DNA of 63,279 nucleotides, counting the filler, from Octopus bimaculoides (lineage: Eukaryota), in assembly GCF_001194135.2 (NCBI RefSeq). It is 5 parts of 5 records of this genome, joined end to end, with 100 filler letters (N's around TTAATTAATTAA, not from the genome) between each part and the next. Parts side by side here need not be neighbours in the genome. Positions count along the whole stretch, not along the records: positions 6,955 to 23,016 come from NC_069003.1; positions 23,117 to 42,522 come from NC_068981.1; 3 more parts are not named here. The stretch is one strand, 5' to 3'. How positions within the stretch are numbered: position 1 is the stretch's first letter; every line of letters begins with the position of its first letter. The translations under genes and the position numbers were made by a program. The notes under the pieces were generated by a model. That model had not been told where the DNA came from. It made no database searches and saw nothing but the letters and a program-made list of their open reading frames with translations. This document shows positions 11,771 to 25,683 of this stretch, one piece after another.

Positions 11771-12675
11771 ATATATGTATATGTATTCATAACAGGTTAT
11801 AGATGAAATTAATTAGCAGCTGCAGCGATTTCAATAGAAATTTATAATTTGCTAGACTCTCTATTGTTTCTATGTGAGGGGATGGCCATGGTAGTCGGTC
11901 TCCTATAAATTAAGCTAATTAAATATAATTAATGTTGTTGTCATCTCATGTATAATCAATTTCGACATTAAAAAAAAGAGATAAATTTCTATGAAACAAA
12001 AATTAAAACAAAAATGGAAAAAATAAAGGCGGTAATGCTGAGTAATGAAGAATATAATGCGAAAATTGGTTGCAGAAAAATTGCCTGCACTGCGCCAGGC
12101 AGAGAGTTCGGTGGTCGCCCCCCACCCCCACCCCGCAATCGATTTGACGTTATTGAAAAAGCAAACTATTTAAACAAAGAGATCGATGCAGTTTAAAACC
12201 TAAAACAAACTTGACAGTAAATAGTTTTGACATAAAACTGGGAACCATGTGACACATGTCGTCATCTGCTTTTTGGTTTGTTCAACGCATAACTACCGTA
12301 TTTGTTGGTGTACAAGAAGCGCTTTTGCATAAGAAAAGACCCTACCTTTTGAGGAGAGAAAACTATATTTTGTTGAAAAAAAACAAACAAACCAAAATGA
12401 CTGTTTCTTCATACACTTCGAATTCTCATCCACCATAAGATCGCTTTAGATTCATGGCGTTTAAGAATTTAAAAAAGCGGGTCTTGTACACCTGTATGTC
12501 CTAGTGTGTAGCCTGGTCATAATATCATCACGTTGGTGTGTGTTGCTTTTTGTAATACATAAAAGTGCAAGACTTAAGCTCCCACCTTCTTGATGTATGC
12601 TAGCGTAGTACAAACGTGTGGTACACTTGTTCTTTTATTCTGTTTATCTCCATCACCTGACTCTTGAGTATTTTT

Positions 12676-13019
12676 AGGTGCATGGCTCAGTGGTTAGAGC
12701 GTCGGGCTCACAATCATGAGGCAGTGAGTTCAATTCTCAGACCGGGCTGTGTATTGTCTTCTTGAGCAAGACACTTTATTTCACATTCCTCCAGTTCACT
12801 CATCTGCAGAAATTAATTACGACGTCATTGGTGCCAAGCTGTATCAGCCCCATTGCCTTTCCCTTGCATAACGTCAGTGGCATGCAGACGAGAGGCTGGT
12901 ATGCATTGGCAACTGCTGGTCTTCCATAAACAACCTTGACCAGACTTATGCCCCGGAGGGGAACTTTCTAGGTGCAATCCCATGGTCATTCATGATCGAA
13001 GGGGGTATTTACCCTTTAC
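12676..13019 (+). mobile_element. SINE (head1 + tail F)
   Basis: A box tggctcagtggttag, B box gagttcaattc, core cttgagcaagacactttatttcac, then a distinct tail ending ggtgcaatcccatggtcattcatgatcgaagggggt. Confidence 0.8.
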
Positions 13020-14029
13020 ATAAACCAGCTAGATTTAAACCGTTATTTGTTCAATACCCTTTTGGGTACGTTTAGCTGATCAGCTCCTAAGTTTGACAAT
13101 ACTTACACTGCTTCAAGTATGATTCGTTGGTTCGTCTCCTCCCCTCCACCTCTTCTCTGCCGGTCTTGGAGTCCCTGTAACTCTCTTCAATACTGCTCTT
13201 CCTTCCAAAAAATAAAACATAGTTAGATATAACCAATTTCAAGTGTATTCACATACAAATACACATAAATGATTTCATACATAGATGCATACAAATGATA
13301 CAATTTGTCGACAAAACAGAAACTACTTAAGCACAATATATATAGATGTGTGTGTGTATGTGTGTGTGCATACATGTATATTGATATATGCGCTTATCTG
13401 GTGTATTTATTCTTTGTAGATAGGAGACAGAATTCCCTATATCTATTCACCGATCAAACTTTGTTCGTTAATCGAATATATATATATCCATACATCCACT
13501 TATATAAAAAATATGAAAGGGAAAGAAAGAAAGATGGAAAGGCAGTGAGGGAGTGAGTGAGGGTGGAGGTGAGTGTAAGGAATGAGAACAACTTTTAATA
13601 GTATTTAGAGTATCGATACTATTGGATAACATTCGCCTGTAAATTTCTTGAGAAATTTCCCAAGAGGGGAAGAGAAGAGGAGAAGGAAAAAAATGCTGTG
13701 ATTAAGCAATGAATGTTGGAAAGCAGATCGATTATATTACATCTGTTTGTGAGTATGTTGCTCCAACTAAAACTGTCTCTAAAGGCAAACAAATCTCTGC
13801 CATTTTAGCAATGCAATTTATTGAAGATGACATTCCCTGACATGTAAGTATAACGGCAAATGTACTTGAGATTTCATGCAGTTCTTTATAGCAAAATACT
13901 TGTGATTTATGTTTCCCCGAAAGAAAGCAAAATGGCGTATGTTATTAACCAATTACAAAACGTATTGGGTCGGTAAAATATTATTATTATTGAAGTAGGA
14001 AATGACTAGAGTTATCCAGTGAAAACATG

Positions 14030-14078
14030 TATGATCATAAGTTTGGTATGATCATAAGTTTGGTATGATCATAAGTTT
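14030..14078. repeat. 17-bp tandem repeat x3 (TATGATCATAAGTTTGG)
   Basis: Three copies, the last lacking the final GG; unit contains the palindrome TATGATCATA. Confidence 0.95.
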
Positions 14079-14599
14079 ATTACGTCCTTGTGATTATCTG
14101 TACGTATTGCTTTACAAATATAATAATGTACCAACCTATATTTATTGAGACGGCAGAAATTCAAGTCATTCTGTTAGACAACCTGAGACAAAATCATAGA
14201 AGAATAGCGCGTGTCTTGATCTTGGATGTGTCAATATATATTCTACTCTCTGTATGTATATATATACATATGTATGTATGTTTGTATGTATGTATCTATA
14301 TAGCATTTATATTTGTATGTCCTCTTCTGTTTTTATTCAAGTATTTTATCTCTGAAAAAGGAGCAGGTTTCTAACAAATATACATTGTTCCATCTCTGGA
14401 ATGTAGATTACAAAACCATTCATGCTCTAAACTTTAGGAATGTTTTGCATAGTCTTACTGTTCCACTAACGGATTGTATTTGTAATGTGCGTGTTAGCTG
14501 ATCGATTTCTTTTCCTGAAAAATTCAGCTTATCCAGATTGTCACCAACGTATTAATTCACACGACCAAACGCATCGATTATTAGTGGCTTAAAAGTGAA

Positions 14600-14895
14600 T
14601 TTATAACCTGGAGATTACCTGTTGAGCACTGGGGTCGATGTAATCGACTTAACCCCTAACCCTGAAACTGCTGGCCTTTTGCCAAAATTTGAAGCGACTA
14701 TTATCAGTATTCTTATTGTTGTTGTTGTAAGGCGGCGAGCTGGCAGAATCATTACCATGCCGGACAAATTGATTATCAGTGTTTCTTCCGGCATTTTGTA
14801 CTAAGTTCAAATGCCACCGTGGCGAACTTTGTCTTTCATCCTTTAGGGGTCAAGTACTGGGGTCAATGTAACTGTCTTACCCCATTTCCCTACAA
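14600..14895 (+). mobile_element. Two adjacent family G SINE pieces (tail 14600-14700; head and body 14728-14895)
   Basis: aaggcggcgagctggcagaatc head, aagttcaaatgcc B box, cactggggtcgatgtaatcgact body. Confidence 0.75.
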
Positions 14896-14904
14896 TTACT
14901 AGCC

Positions 14905-15135
14905 TTGATGATGGTGATGATAATGATGATGCTGATGATGATAATGCTGGTGGTGGCGATGTTGATGATACCGAGGATCATAAAGATGATGATGATAATG
15001 ACGATGATGATGACGAAGACGATGACGATGACGATGATGATAACTGATGATAATGATGACGACGATGTTGATGATGATGATAACGACGACGACGACGATG
15101 ATGACGATGATGATGATGATGACGATGATGATGAA
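14905..15135. repeat. (GAT/GAC)n trinucleotide tract
   Basis: Direct reading. Confidence 0.95.
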
Positions 15136-15636
15136 ATAATCTTTTCTTGACAGACTTCAGTAAGAATTACGTTTCAGATATTTATATCGTGAATCCCACC
15201 ACCACCTTTTCTCTTTTTTCTTTATTTTTCAGAATAAAATTGCATTAATCGGCTCCTTTCTTGCATTCAAAAAATGTTGCCCGTTGGCAAAATTGTTTTC
15301 CAGTAAAATAATTTGGTCGGCTGTGCTTCTTCTCAGCATATTTTCATTAATCTCCTATCGCCTTCATAAGGATCTTGTTTTTCAATTTTGAAGTCATTAT
15401 TGTACTTCGAGTTCACAACGGCAAACTGGATACTACGATTTTTTTTTCTACATTTTTTTCGACATTTAAATGGATCTTTTTTTTTTACATTTCTCAATAT
15501 TTTTCTTCAATTCTTCTCCGCTGTTGTTGATGTTGTCGTGTCCAGCCATGATGTCTGACGCGAGTCTTGCACGGTGAATTAAAGTTTAAGATTAATATGG
15601 ATGACACTAGTAGTATTAATGTTTGTCAAAGTATAC

Positions 15637-15667
<31 letters not shown>

Positions 15668-15689
15668 CATATACACACATACATATATA

Positions 15690-15731
<42 letters not shown>

Positions 15732-15741
15732 NNNNNNNNNN

Positions 15742-15779
<38 letters not shown>

Positions 15780-17092
15780 CATTTAGGAATTTATTTTGTA
15801 AGATTCCTGATGTGAAACCGAGTGTTGAAACAGATATTGTAATATTTCGGGACGGTCGTTTTTTTATTTTTTCAAAATAAAAACACACGCACTACTTATT
15901 CGTTCTTCACTTGTTTATTACTTTTCTTATTTTAACTTATGTCCATTGTCCGGAAATCTTCCATCACACGTCTGTGACATCTTCAGCGACACGTGTATAT
16001 GTTCCTGCTCCACTTAATGTGTGCGTGAGTGTGTGTGTGTGTACACTGATACAAATGTTAAAACATTTCTAGTTCTAAATGCTTCAAGATCAGATTAGTG
16101 CTCGATGTGTTGATGTAGAACTAATTCAAATCCGCATAGAGTTAAGCATCGAAATGAACCAGAATCCACAGTCTTTATGCGTCTTTATATGTAAACTTCT
16201 TAAAATACACACTCAAATGAATTTCTGAAAATAAACGACAAACAACAGAAAGAACCGAACGATAAGAAGGAAGTGGAATATATTCTTTCTTTCTAGAATA
16301 AATATAAATAAATTACCATTGTAATTGACATTAATATTCATATACCCATGCGATATAGCATCAGGCGCGCGTGTGGATGTGTCTGTGTTACAATCTTTGT
16401 TCTATTAGTCTTGTACAAGCTAGAGCGCGTTTAATATTAACGTTTAATATTAATACAGTAATGTTGATGCGGCAAGGAATATTCTGGAATGCATAAACTT
16501 ATTTTCGTTTATTTTTCACTATTAGTTCTGCTATATCTGTAGTCGTCGTCATCCTCCTCCTCCTCATCATCATCATCATCACCACCACTACAACCATCAC
16601 CACCACCACCAACCCGAAACCAAGTGGTTGAGAGGCAAACTTCTTAACACACAGCCACGCTTGTGCATGTATATAACAGATAAGACCGTTTTTGTTTTGT
16701 TTTGTTTTGTTTTTTTATGGATTTTCCTCGTCGCTTCTTCTTTATCATTGCACTTATCTCCATCAAGTCCGAAAGTCACCTCAGCATCGTTACGAAATAT
16801 TCTTACATTTCACTCGAAGACATTTGTCTCTGGCATAAAACTTTAAGACATCATTCACTTTACCTCTGTTTCCCCACTGAGTATCCTTTCTTAGATTCGT
16901 TTAATATAATCAACAAAATGGATCAGTATGATTACAAGAAAAGATGGGGAAAAGGCTGTCCATTTCAATCAATCCTTTTCTAGTCTATATGTCTGTTAAA
17001 CTCTCCCTTATTAATGTTTGCTCTGACAATCAGCATCATCATCATCAGCATCATCATTATTATTATTGTTGTTGTTGTTGTTGCTGTTGTTG

Positions 17093-17285
17093 GCTAAGAT
17101 TGAAGAATCTGTCTCGCGATTCTTTCCTGTGACATTCTAACCACGTGTCCATAGTAGCAGAGCTGTGCCCTTTCAATGCGAAGAAATAACGGCTTGACCT
17201 GAAAAGGGGCTCCCTAATCTCCGTGTTAGGTACTCTACCGAGTAACGTTATTCCAGGATCCTTAACTAACATTTGGAAATCCAAA
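17093..17285 (-). pseudogene. RTE-clade LINE C-terminal ORF fragment
   Basis: Translation GITLLGRVPNTEIREPL-(frameshift)-VKPLFLRIERAQLCYYGHVVRMSQERIARQILQS fits the RTE pattern TL.DRVRN.EIR..L...LL.RIER.QL.W.GHV.RM..ER.ARQ. Confidence 0.8.
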
Positions 17286-20200
17286 TGTTTGGTTCATTTT
17301 ATCTTTCAGTAAAGGATTAATGGAAACACGGTCAAAATGATTCTTTTAAAACGTTCAGTCATCTTGATATGCATCACAAGATCTACGAAATGTCATAAAT
17401 CAAAGTGAAATTACGTAAGGTTTGCCAAAAGTTGACGTTTCATACATAAATGGTTCCTCAATGAATAAGCCAAACCAAAAGACAGACAAACAGAGATCGC
17501 CGGTCAACGGAAGTAACCTTGCCGTTACATTAGAATGAGATTGAATGAATTAAAAATGGAAGATTACCTATATCGATATCCAAATCGAAACCGAAGAATT
17601 ATGCGTATTTTATTACATCCGTAATAGTTAAACTGTTAATTATTCAGTACCCAGTGAATTATTACTTTTATTGATCGTTCACAAAGTTTCTCTTTTGTAG
17701 ATAATGTTTCATTAACCGCCATTTTATCGTCTGCTTTATTTGTATTGAGATTATTAAGCCGTTTTGTTGAACAAGTCCTCTCGATATTGCAGGTTAATAT
17801 ATTCCATTTCCTGTTCTTTTAAATTTTTTCCGATTTTGTTTTGTTTTATTTGAAATATTTTTGTCATTGCTTAATTGTTTTGGTTCTTTTCCTGATAGCT
17901 TTCTCTTTTCATTTCTTTCTTTACGACAGATTTCCACCAATTTCCGAATACTTCTCAATAAATAAATCTTGAACATGATACAAGCAGACGGACAAAATGT
18001 GCAATATTTGACGACATGGCAAAGATCAGGCGAAACGATCTTTAATTAAGTTTTATCACGGCTAATACAGTCAACTGCATATGAACATCGATTACAAGTT
18101 AAGCAATACACAAAGATGAAACGAAAAATAAAATTCAAAATTAAGAAACACATTTTCCATACAAGTAACAAGTTACTTCTTCATATTTCTTCTCGTATTT
18201 AAAAATGTTTATTCAAACTGGAAAGACGTAAAAGAAAAAAAATTGAGGCCCTTACTAAAACATTTCCCCTCGTTGTAGATGGGATTCGACTGAGTTCCTT
18301 AACTTATTTGCCGAGAAGATTGAGTGTAAAATATATATCACAATCTGATTGTTGAAGAAAAAAGTTCTAATCTGAAGCGTTTGCACTAAAAATAATGAGA
18401 AGTATAACGAAGAAACAAGAAAGAACTTTAAACCAGGACAGCTTTCTGTTGTGAGTTTGTGATTAAACTGGACTGTTATATCAAGATAACTAGAAAATGT
18501 CCGTACCCTGAAACCATGGGCTGTTTTCTTGCCATACGTCGTAATCTAAGTTAAAGCACTTACGACCAGAAGTCGTTGTTTACCATTGGATTACTCGGGA
18601 GTAAAAAATAAATATATCTTCATATATTATTGTTGTAATTCATGTATGGAAGTAGAAACAGGGGACATTTTGGCGGCTAAAAAATGGCGGCAAGAGATAG
18701 AAGTACGCAGACGATCTTTTACACAGGAGACAGAAAATAACAAAGTTGAAAGGTTATCTTGTAACTATGCTGGTATTTGATTAAATAGAATGAATCGATT
18801 CTTAGAAGCTATTGGTGGGAATAAACTTATTTATAACTGATAACTCTGACAATATAATTTAACGAAAATATATTTAACACTCCCTCGTGTCTTCCAAAAT
18901 ATTTCGTTCATATCCGGTTGCTTCATGTACATTTTTCTATGTTTAAATTATACTACTTCTATACTATATATTATATCATTCATTATCGAAAAGAAATATA
19001 CAAACAAAGAATACGATATACCACCGACGCTTCTTTTGTATTACAAGATTCTCTAAGAACTGTTTGGAGTATTTTTTTCTGTTCTTGATCAACGGATTTA
19101 ACATCTAACAATCGACTGTGATAAAGCTGTGTTTTGACTTGTTTTCCAGACATATTTCATAACATTTTACAAGATTTGTGATATACTGATATTGGTTTAA
19201 ATAAGAACAAAATGAATTAACATTGCCTTTCCAGCACAAACATACATGAGATATAAAAATCTGCCTTCGGTCATCTTTTAAAAGCTGAGAGTTTTAACAA
19301 CCACCAAACGAATTGATGGATGATGCCGATCATTATTATATGTTACTAAATCAATGAATGCATTTTACTTGGTGGGTTTCCCAATTCGGTTTCAATACAC
19401 TAAAGTCAACATTTTCTTGAATCTAATTATTTATTACGTAAGGACAGCAATAAACCTGAAAGGCCGAGAGAAACGTGAAAGAAGAAGAGGAGATCAAAAG
19501 AAAGAAATATATTCGGTGAAATAGTGAAAGAACTCTCGACTGTCGAAACTAAAATTAATTTAAATGTTTCATATCTGAAAATCACGGATGAAGTTTGAGG
19601 AATATCTTGAATATTCGATAGGTGACAAACAAAATCAAATGTTTCAGAATATAACTCATTGTTAATTTATTTTATATTTTCATAGACAGATAAATATTTA
19701 ACAAGTTTACGTTTCTTCAAAAATGATGTTATATTTAGGAAGAAGGAATATTTTAAACTTTACCAAGAATGTAATATATTCATCGAATAAGTGTTTCCGT
19801 TCATAACCGCAATGTCACTACACTCGTCAGATTATGAAATATATTCAGTAAAACTCGACATGGAAGACAAAAGAGATTTAAATGATACACCATTATTATT
19901 CCTTGTGTCTGGAGAGAAAAATGAATAATAATTTCATTCAACTTTTAAAAACAAAAAAGAATTGTCATTAATCATTAGACGTATTAAATCTTCTCATTGT
20001 TCACGCAATAAATCCACCATTATTCTTAATTAAATAGAAGTCAAAATTAATCAGACCCTCGCTGAAACATATATACATATATACATACATACATACATAT
20101 ATATANNNNNNNNNNNNNNNNNNNNNNNNNNNNNNNNNNNNNNNNNNNNNNNNNNNNNNNNNNNNNNNNNNNNNNNNNNNNNNNNNNNNNNNNNNNNNNN

Positions 20201-20559
20201 NNNNNNNNNNNNNNNNNNNNNNNNNNNNNNNNNNNNNNNNNNNNNNNNNNNNNNNNNNNNNNNNNNNNNNNNNNNNNNNNNNNNNNNNNNNNNNNNNNNN
20301 NNNNNNNNNNNNNNNNNNNNNNNNNNNNNNNNNNNNNNNNNNNNNNNNNNNNNNNNNNNNNNNNNNNNNNNNNNNNNNNNNNNNNNNNNNNNNNNNNNNN
20401 NNNNNNNNNNNNNNNNNNNNNNNNNNNNNNNNNNNNNNNNNNNNNNNNNNNNNNNNNNNNNNNNNNNNNNNNNNNNNNNNNNNNNNNNNNNNAAAATATA
20501 ATCTTGTCTAAATTTATTCTTTAGGTTTCTGCTGAGATAAATATTACAGCAATAATAAC

Positions 20560-20609
<50 letters not shown>

Positions 20610-20965
20610 AATAATAATAATAAAAGAGCTAACATCTTGCCGAATATTCTCCGGAAAAGAGCAAACATACGATAGGAGAATGAAACAGTTTGGGAGACAT
20701 CTCCTGAATTTCGTGCAATAATCTGTTGTCGACATTTCTAGAATTTTCTGAATAATCGACCGACAAACAATCGTAAAAAAAAACCCAAACAAAACAAAAA
20801 GTTAAAACAAGAACTGTATGTATGATACATATAAATATATATACATATGTTTCCCCCCCCAAAAAAAGTTAGTTTCTTTGTATATTTATTAAATATTAAT
20901 ACCAATTAATATTCATTCATTCATAGTCACTATCAATAACAGTGTTGTTGTTGTCGTCAATAATA

Positions 20966-21036
<71 letters not shown>

Positions 21037-21644
21037 CGTACCCAGAAGTATTAGTTGTTCTTCATGAGATGATTGCGTTGATATCATTTCGTATGTCTTT
21101 CATTCACTCCGGCTGGAAATGTCAGGCGTCTAAACCGGGTTTAAAAGACTATCGCATCTTTGGCCAACATTCCGACATAGTCACGTAACGTGTCGTTATT
21201 CAGTATCATTACGATTACAAACCCAAAATAGACAAGCTCCCTGAGGACAAAATACACACACACACAAAAACACACACAGACACACGCATAACCACAAGGA
21301 CATACATTAATACACACACAGCAATTGCCATTACATGAATACTTTACACACACAGAGAAACTACATGCACATACTTATATAGAGACAATTACATACACAC
21401 ACACACACATACATACGTACATATATACATACATACACAAATACATGCATCAGACATACATAACCTCATACATACATACACATATACATACATAAATTTA
21501 TACAGATATACATAGACACATACACAAATACACACACATACATACATACATACATACAAACATACATACAGACATACAGACAGACAGACAGACAGACAGA
21601 CACGTAGGTAGGATGGTTGATGCGTCCAGCACAAGGCTTTAAAT

Positions 21645-21820
21645 GGAGACCAATCACGAAGTCAGGATTGAACCGTCGTTCAGGAAATCAATTACCCCTT
21701 GTCCTTAATCTGCCATTCGATTCAAGTAATCCCACCCCACCCCCTCCACACTCCCCACCCACTCGCTACCTGACTTCATGTAGACCACAAACAGAAATTA
21801 GTGTGCCAATCACGTGAGCG
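21645..21820 (+). promoter_or_regulatory. Candidate promoter: two CCAATCACG boxes, E-box, C-rich tract
   Basis: ccaatcacg at 21650 and 21806 (second overlaps cacgtg), directly upstream of the ATG at 21868. Confidence 0.4.
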
Positions 21821-21867
21821 ATATATATTTATATACATATATACATATTAAGGAAATACCGTTCAAA

Positions 21868-21958
21868 ATGTCGGACATTATTACTGATGGGATTGATCCG
21901 AAGAGGCGACCGCGCGAAGATGATTGCATTATGTCGACGATGTTGCAGCCCTCTGACA
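21868..21958 (+). CDS. Probable first coding exon of an unidentified gene (MSDIITDGIDPKRRPREDDCIMSTMLQPSD, phase-1 donor)
   Basis: Start context ttcaaaATG, upstream in-frame TAG at 21799, 30 open codons of non-repetitive CpG-rich sequence, consensus donor A|GTAAGT at 21959. Confidence 0.6.
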
Positions 21959-21987
21959 GTAAGTAACAATTCATTTCCCACTTTCTC

Positions 21988-22049
<62 letters not shown>

Positions 22050-22289
22050 TCTTGTTTGTTTTTGTTTATTGATAAACTAATCGCTGTTATTGTCGCTGCT
22101 GTCATCATCATCATCATAATTATCACCGCCATGTCTGAAGTATTCACAATCTATCTGAACAAGATATGTAACACAGAGTTAACCACTAAATCGTTTTTGT
22201 TATTGATATATTTATTCCTTGCCACATGAACGATATATTTGCTTTTGAATGGCTGTATTGTTATTTAAAAGAGAAGATATTTAAATATG

Positions 22290-22530
22290 ACACTATTAAC
22301 ATTTAAAAGTGAAAACATATTATCAGTTAGAAATGGCAGCATTAAGATTCAAAAGTAAAGATATTATCAGAGAAAAACAAAAGCATTATCACATTTAAGT
22401 GAAAACATTATCATTTAAAAATGCAAAAATTATCATTTGAAAGTGCAAGCGTTGTCATTTAGAAATGACAGTATTAACATTTATAAGATATTATCATGTA
22501 AAAATTATTGAAGTTATCACTAAGGAAAGA
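22290..22530. repeat. Degenerate minisatellite, unit about 20 bp (aaaagtgaaaacattatcattt-like)
   Basis: attatca/attaaca motifs recur at roughly regular spacing. Confidence 0.6.
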
Positions 22531-22963
22531 TATTTTCGTTATTTGTGGTACGTCTTATTTCCTTTTTGGTCATATTCGTACAATAGTTGACTGGAATATA
22601 TCTCTCTTTTTATATGTAAAGCCTTGGGGGATTTCTGATTTGTTCGTCTTAACGTACTGTAGAAGACATCCACAGGCACACATACATATATAGATACGTG
22701 TAAAAAATACATCTCTATGGTTATTTAATTGCATATGTAGATGTTATAAAGATACGCGCATAAAGCTTTGTACTAAATGAATCTGGTGATAAAGTGAAAT
22801 AAACAATCTTCGCTCCAGTTCAGCTCTTAGAAGTTAACAATGGAACGAAGATTGTCAATTGCTTATTTGCGCCATTGTAAGGAAGATGCGTTTAAGATAC
22901 ATGAACAGATAGACGAACAGATCTATCTATCTAGCTAGCTAAATAGATGGATAGATAAATAGA

Positions 22964-23016
<53 letters not shown>

Positions 23017-23116
23017 NNNNNNNNNNNNNNNNNNNNNNNNNNNNNNNNNNNNNNNNNNNNTTAATTAATTAANNNNNNNNNNNNNNNNNNNNNNNNNNNN
23101 NNNNNNNNNNNNNNNN

Positions 23117-23680
23117 GTCATCGTCATCGTCATCATCATCGTCAGCATCATCGTCATCATCATCGTCATCATCATCGTCATCGTCATCGTTATCGTCATC
23201 ATCATCATCATCATCATCGTCATCGTCATCATCATCGTCATCGTTATCGTCATCATCAACATCGTCATCGTTATCATCATCACTGTTGCTGCCATCATCA
23301 CCACCATCACCATACTTAGCATCTGTTGTCATCATTGTCACTGTGGCACTCCTCCTCTTCATCATCATCATCATCATCGTCATCACTGTCGTCATCCTCA
23401 TCATCGTCGTCATCGTCGTCATCATCATCATCATNNNNNNNNNNCATCATCATCATCATCGTTGCTGCCATCACCACCACCGCCACCACCTTACTCAGCA
23501 TCTGTTGTCATCATTGTCACTGTTACAATCCTCCTCCTACTTCTCCTTCTCCTCTTCCTTGTCCTCCTCATCATCATCATTGGCATCACTGTCGCCTGTT
23601 GCAATCCTCCTCCTTCTCCTCCTCCTCCTCATCATCATTGTCATCACTGTCACCATCATCACCATCATCCTCATCATCAT
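23117..23680. repeat. (TCA/TCG/TCC)n trinucleotide tract
   Basis: Direct reading. Confidence 0.95.
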
Positions 23681-23885
23681 TATAACATCTGTTTTCAGTG
23701 CAGTTGGTGTAGGCTGGACGGTTTGACAGGGTCAGGTGAGAGAGCAGGGTAGCATTGAGCTCCATGACAACTTTGGCATGGTTTCTACCGCTGGTCATCC
23801 TTCTTTAATGCCAGCATTCTTCACAATGCATACTGGATGTTTTGTTCATTCTTTTTGTGGCACCAGCACCAGTGAGGTTGCCAAA
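23675..23885 (-). mobile_element. SINE family E with (GAT)n tail, diverged
   Basis: ggtttctaccgctggtcatccttctttaatgcca is the reverse complement of the family E core ggcattaggaagggcatccagctgtagaaac. Confidence 0.65.
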
Positions 23886-24020
23886 TAATTTGCAAGACAA
23901 GACAAGAAAAAAACAGTGTAAAGGAAAGAAGGAAGGGAAAAGACCCTATGACGATGTGGAGCAATATTTGAGAGGGTGGAGAGGAGATTTTATGCATGGG
24001 ACAAGCAGGAGTGTTTTACT

Positions 24021-24146
24021 ATACTCTTTTACTCTTTTACTTGTTTCAGTCATTTGACTGCGGCCATGCTGGAGCACCGCCTATAGTCGACCAAATCAAC
24101 CTCAGGACTTATTCTTTGTAAGCCTAGTACTTATTCGATCGGTCTC
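24021..24146 (-). mobile_element. SINE family A tail
   Basis: tactcttttacttgtttcagtcatttgactgcggccatgctggagcaccgcc; near-identical to 29823-29945. Confidence 0.9.
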
Positions 24147-24555
24147 AACAACACTACCACCACTACAACCACCACCATAACCAATACCACCACAAACACC
24201 ACCACCACCACAAACACCACCACCAACACCACGACAACCACCATCACCACCACTACAACCATCACCACCACTACAACCACCACCAACACCAACACCACCA
24301 CTACTACCACCATATCCACCATGGCAACTATCACCACCAACACCACTACCACCATCACCACTACCATAACCACCACTACTACCAGCACATCCACCACGAC
24401 AACCACCACCACCACCACCACCATAACCATCACTTCTACCACCAACAACAACAACAGCACCACCACCATCACCACCACTACAACCACCACCATAACCACC
24501 ACAACTACCAGCACATCCACCACGACAACCACCACCACCACCAACGCCACCACTT
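24147..24555. repeat. (CAC/AAC)n tract with an internal duplication
   Basis: ccagcacatccaccacgacaaccaccacc occurs twice. Confidence 0.9.
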
Positions 24556-25652
24556 CTGTCTTCTAAGAAGTGAGACGGGACTGGTTGAGTGAGTGAGCGT
24601 GTGAGTGAGTAAGAGGGAATTAGAGGATGTGCGATTGCATAAATGGATGAGACAGGGGCAGAAGGAAGGGCTTAAACAGTCTACTCTGTCAACCATAGAT
24701 CTACCCTAAGCTCTATTATGCCTTAGGGACTTGAACAAACTTTCCAATCATTTGAACCCACTGGCACCGACCATCACCAAACACCCATGTCTTGTTCTCA
24801 TTGAAGAATGACTCAATCGATGTGACTTGTGGCTGACTGTGAAGTTGCTGGCTGATGAGACGCGGCTGTGTTTGCAGATGTACGTGAGCTTTTGTTGGGT
24901 GTTTGTATATCTATGTGTGTATGTGTGTGTGTGTGTNNNNNNNNNNNNNNNNNNNNNNNNNNNNNNNNNNNNNNNNNNNNNNNNNNNNNNNNNNNNNNNN
25001 NNNNNNNNNNNNNNNNNNNNNNNNNNNNNNNNNNNNNNNNNNNNNNNNNNNNNNNNNNNNNNNNNNNNNNNNNNNNNNNNNNNNNNNNNNNNNNNNNNNN
25101 NNNNNNNNNNNNNNNNNNNNNNNNNNNNNNNNNNNNNNNNNNNNNNNNNNNNNNNNTGTGTGTGTGTGTGTGTGTGTCCCTTTCCATGTATGTTTCGTTG
25201 ATATGGTATTTATGTCTGTGTGTGTGTGTGCGTGTTTGGGCATATATGTATGTGTGTGTGAGTATCACAGCATGCATGTGTTTCTCAGTGTATATATATG
25301 TATGTACATATGTGTGCATGCATGTGTGTATGTGCATGTGTGTATGTGCATGTGTGTGTGAGTGTGTGTGTGTATGTACACATATATACATTAATATATA
25401 TAAGTATATATGTGCATATAATTAAACACATATGTATATGCGTGTATATATGTATGCATTTATGTATATATAAAAAGGAAATAGTGGCACAACAAGGTAC
25501 CAATTTTTGCTGGAAATAGCAGTCGATAGCCATTCAACACTAGGTAAAGCTTCACTGAATGTATATATGCATGCACCCGCATATATATAACCATATACAT
25601 ACTTACATATATATATATACATATACATACATATATATATATATATATACAT

Positions 25653-25683
<31 letters not shown>

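Noticed and set aside
14030-14078. CRISPR-like array
   Set aside because: No spacers, no cas genes, eukaryotic context.
15250-15550. Minus-strand MLRRSTADQIILLENNF... resembling homeodomain helix 1
   Set aside because: Short, no helix 3 WF.N.R motif, surrounding frames broken.
15800-15840. ctgatgtg...gaaacagata hammerhead-like spacing
   Set aside because: Core is CUGAUGU and helix II does not pair convincingly.
24850-24890. CTGATGA hammerhead core
   Set aside because: No helix II or GAAA downstream.
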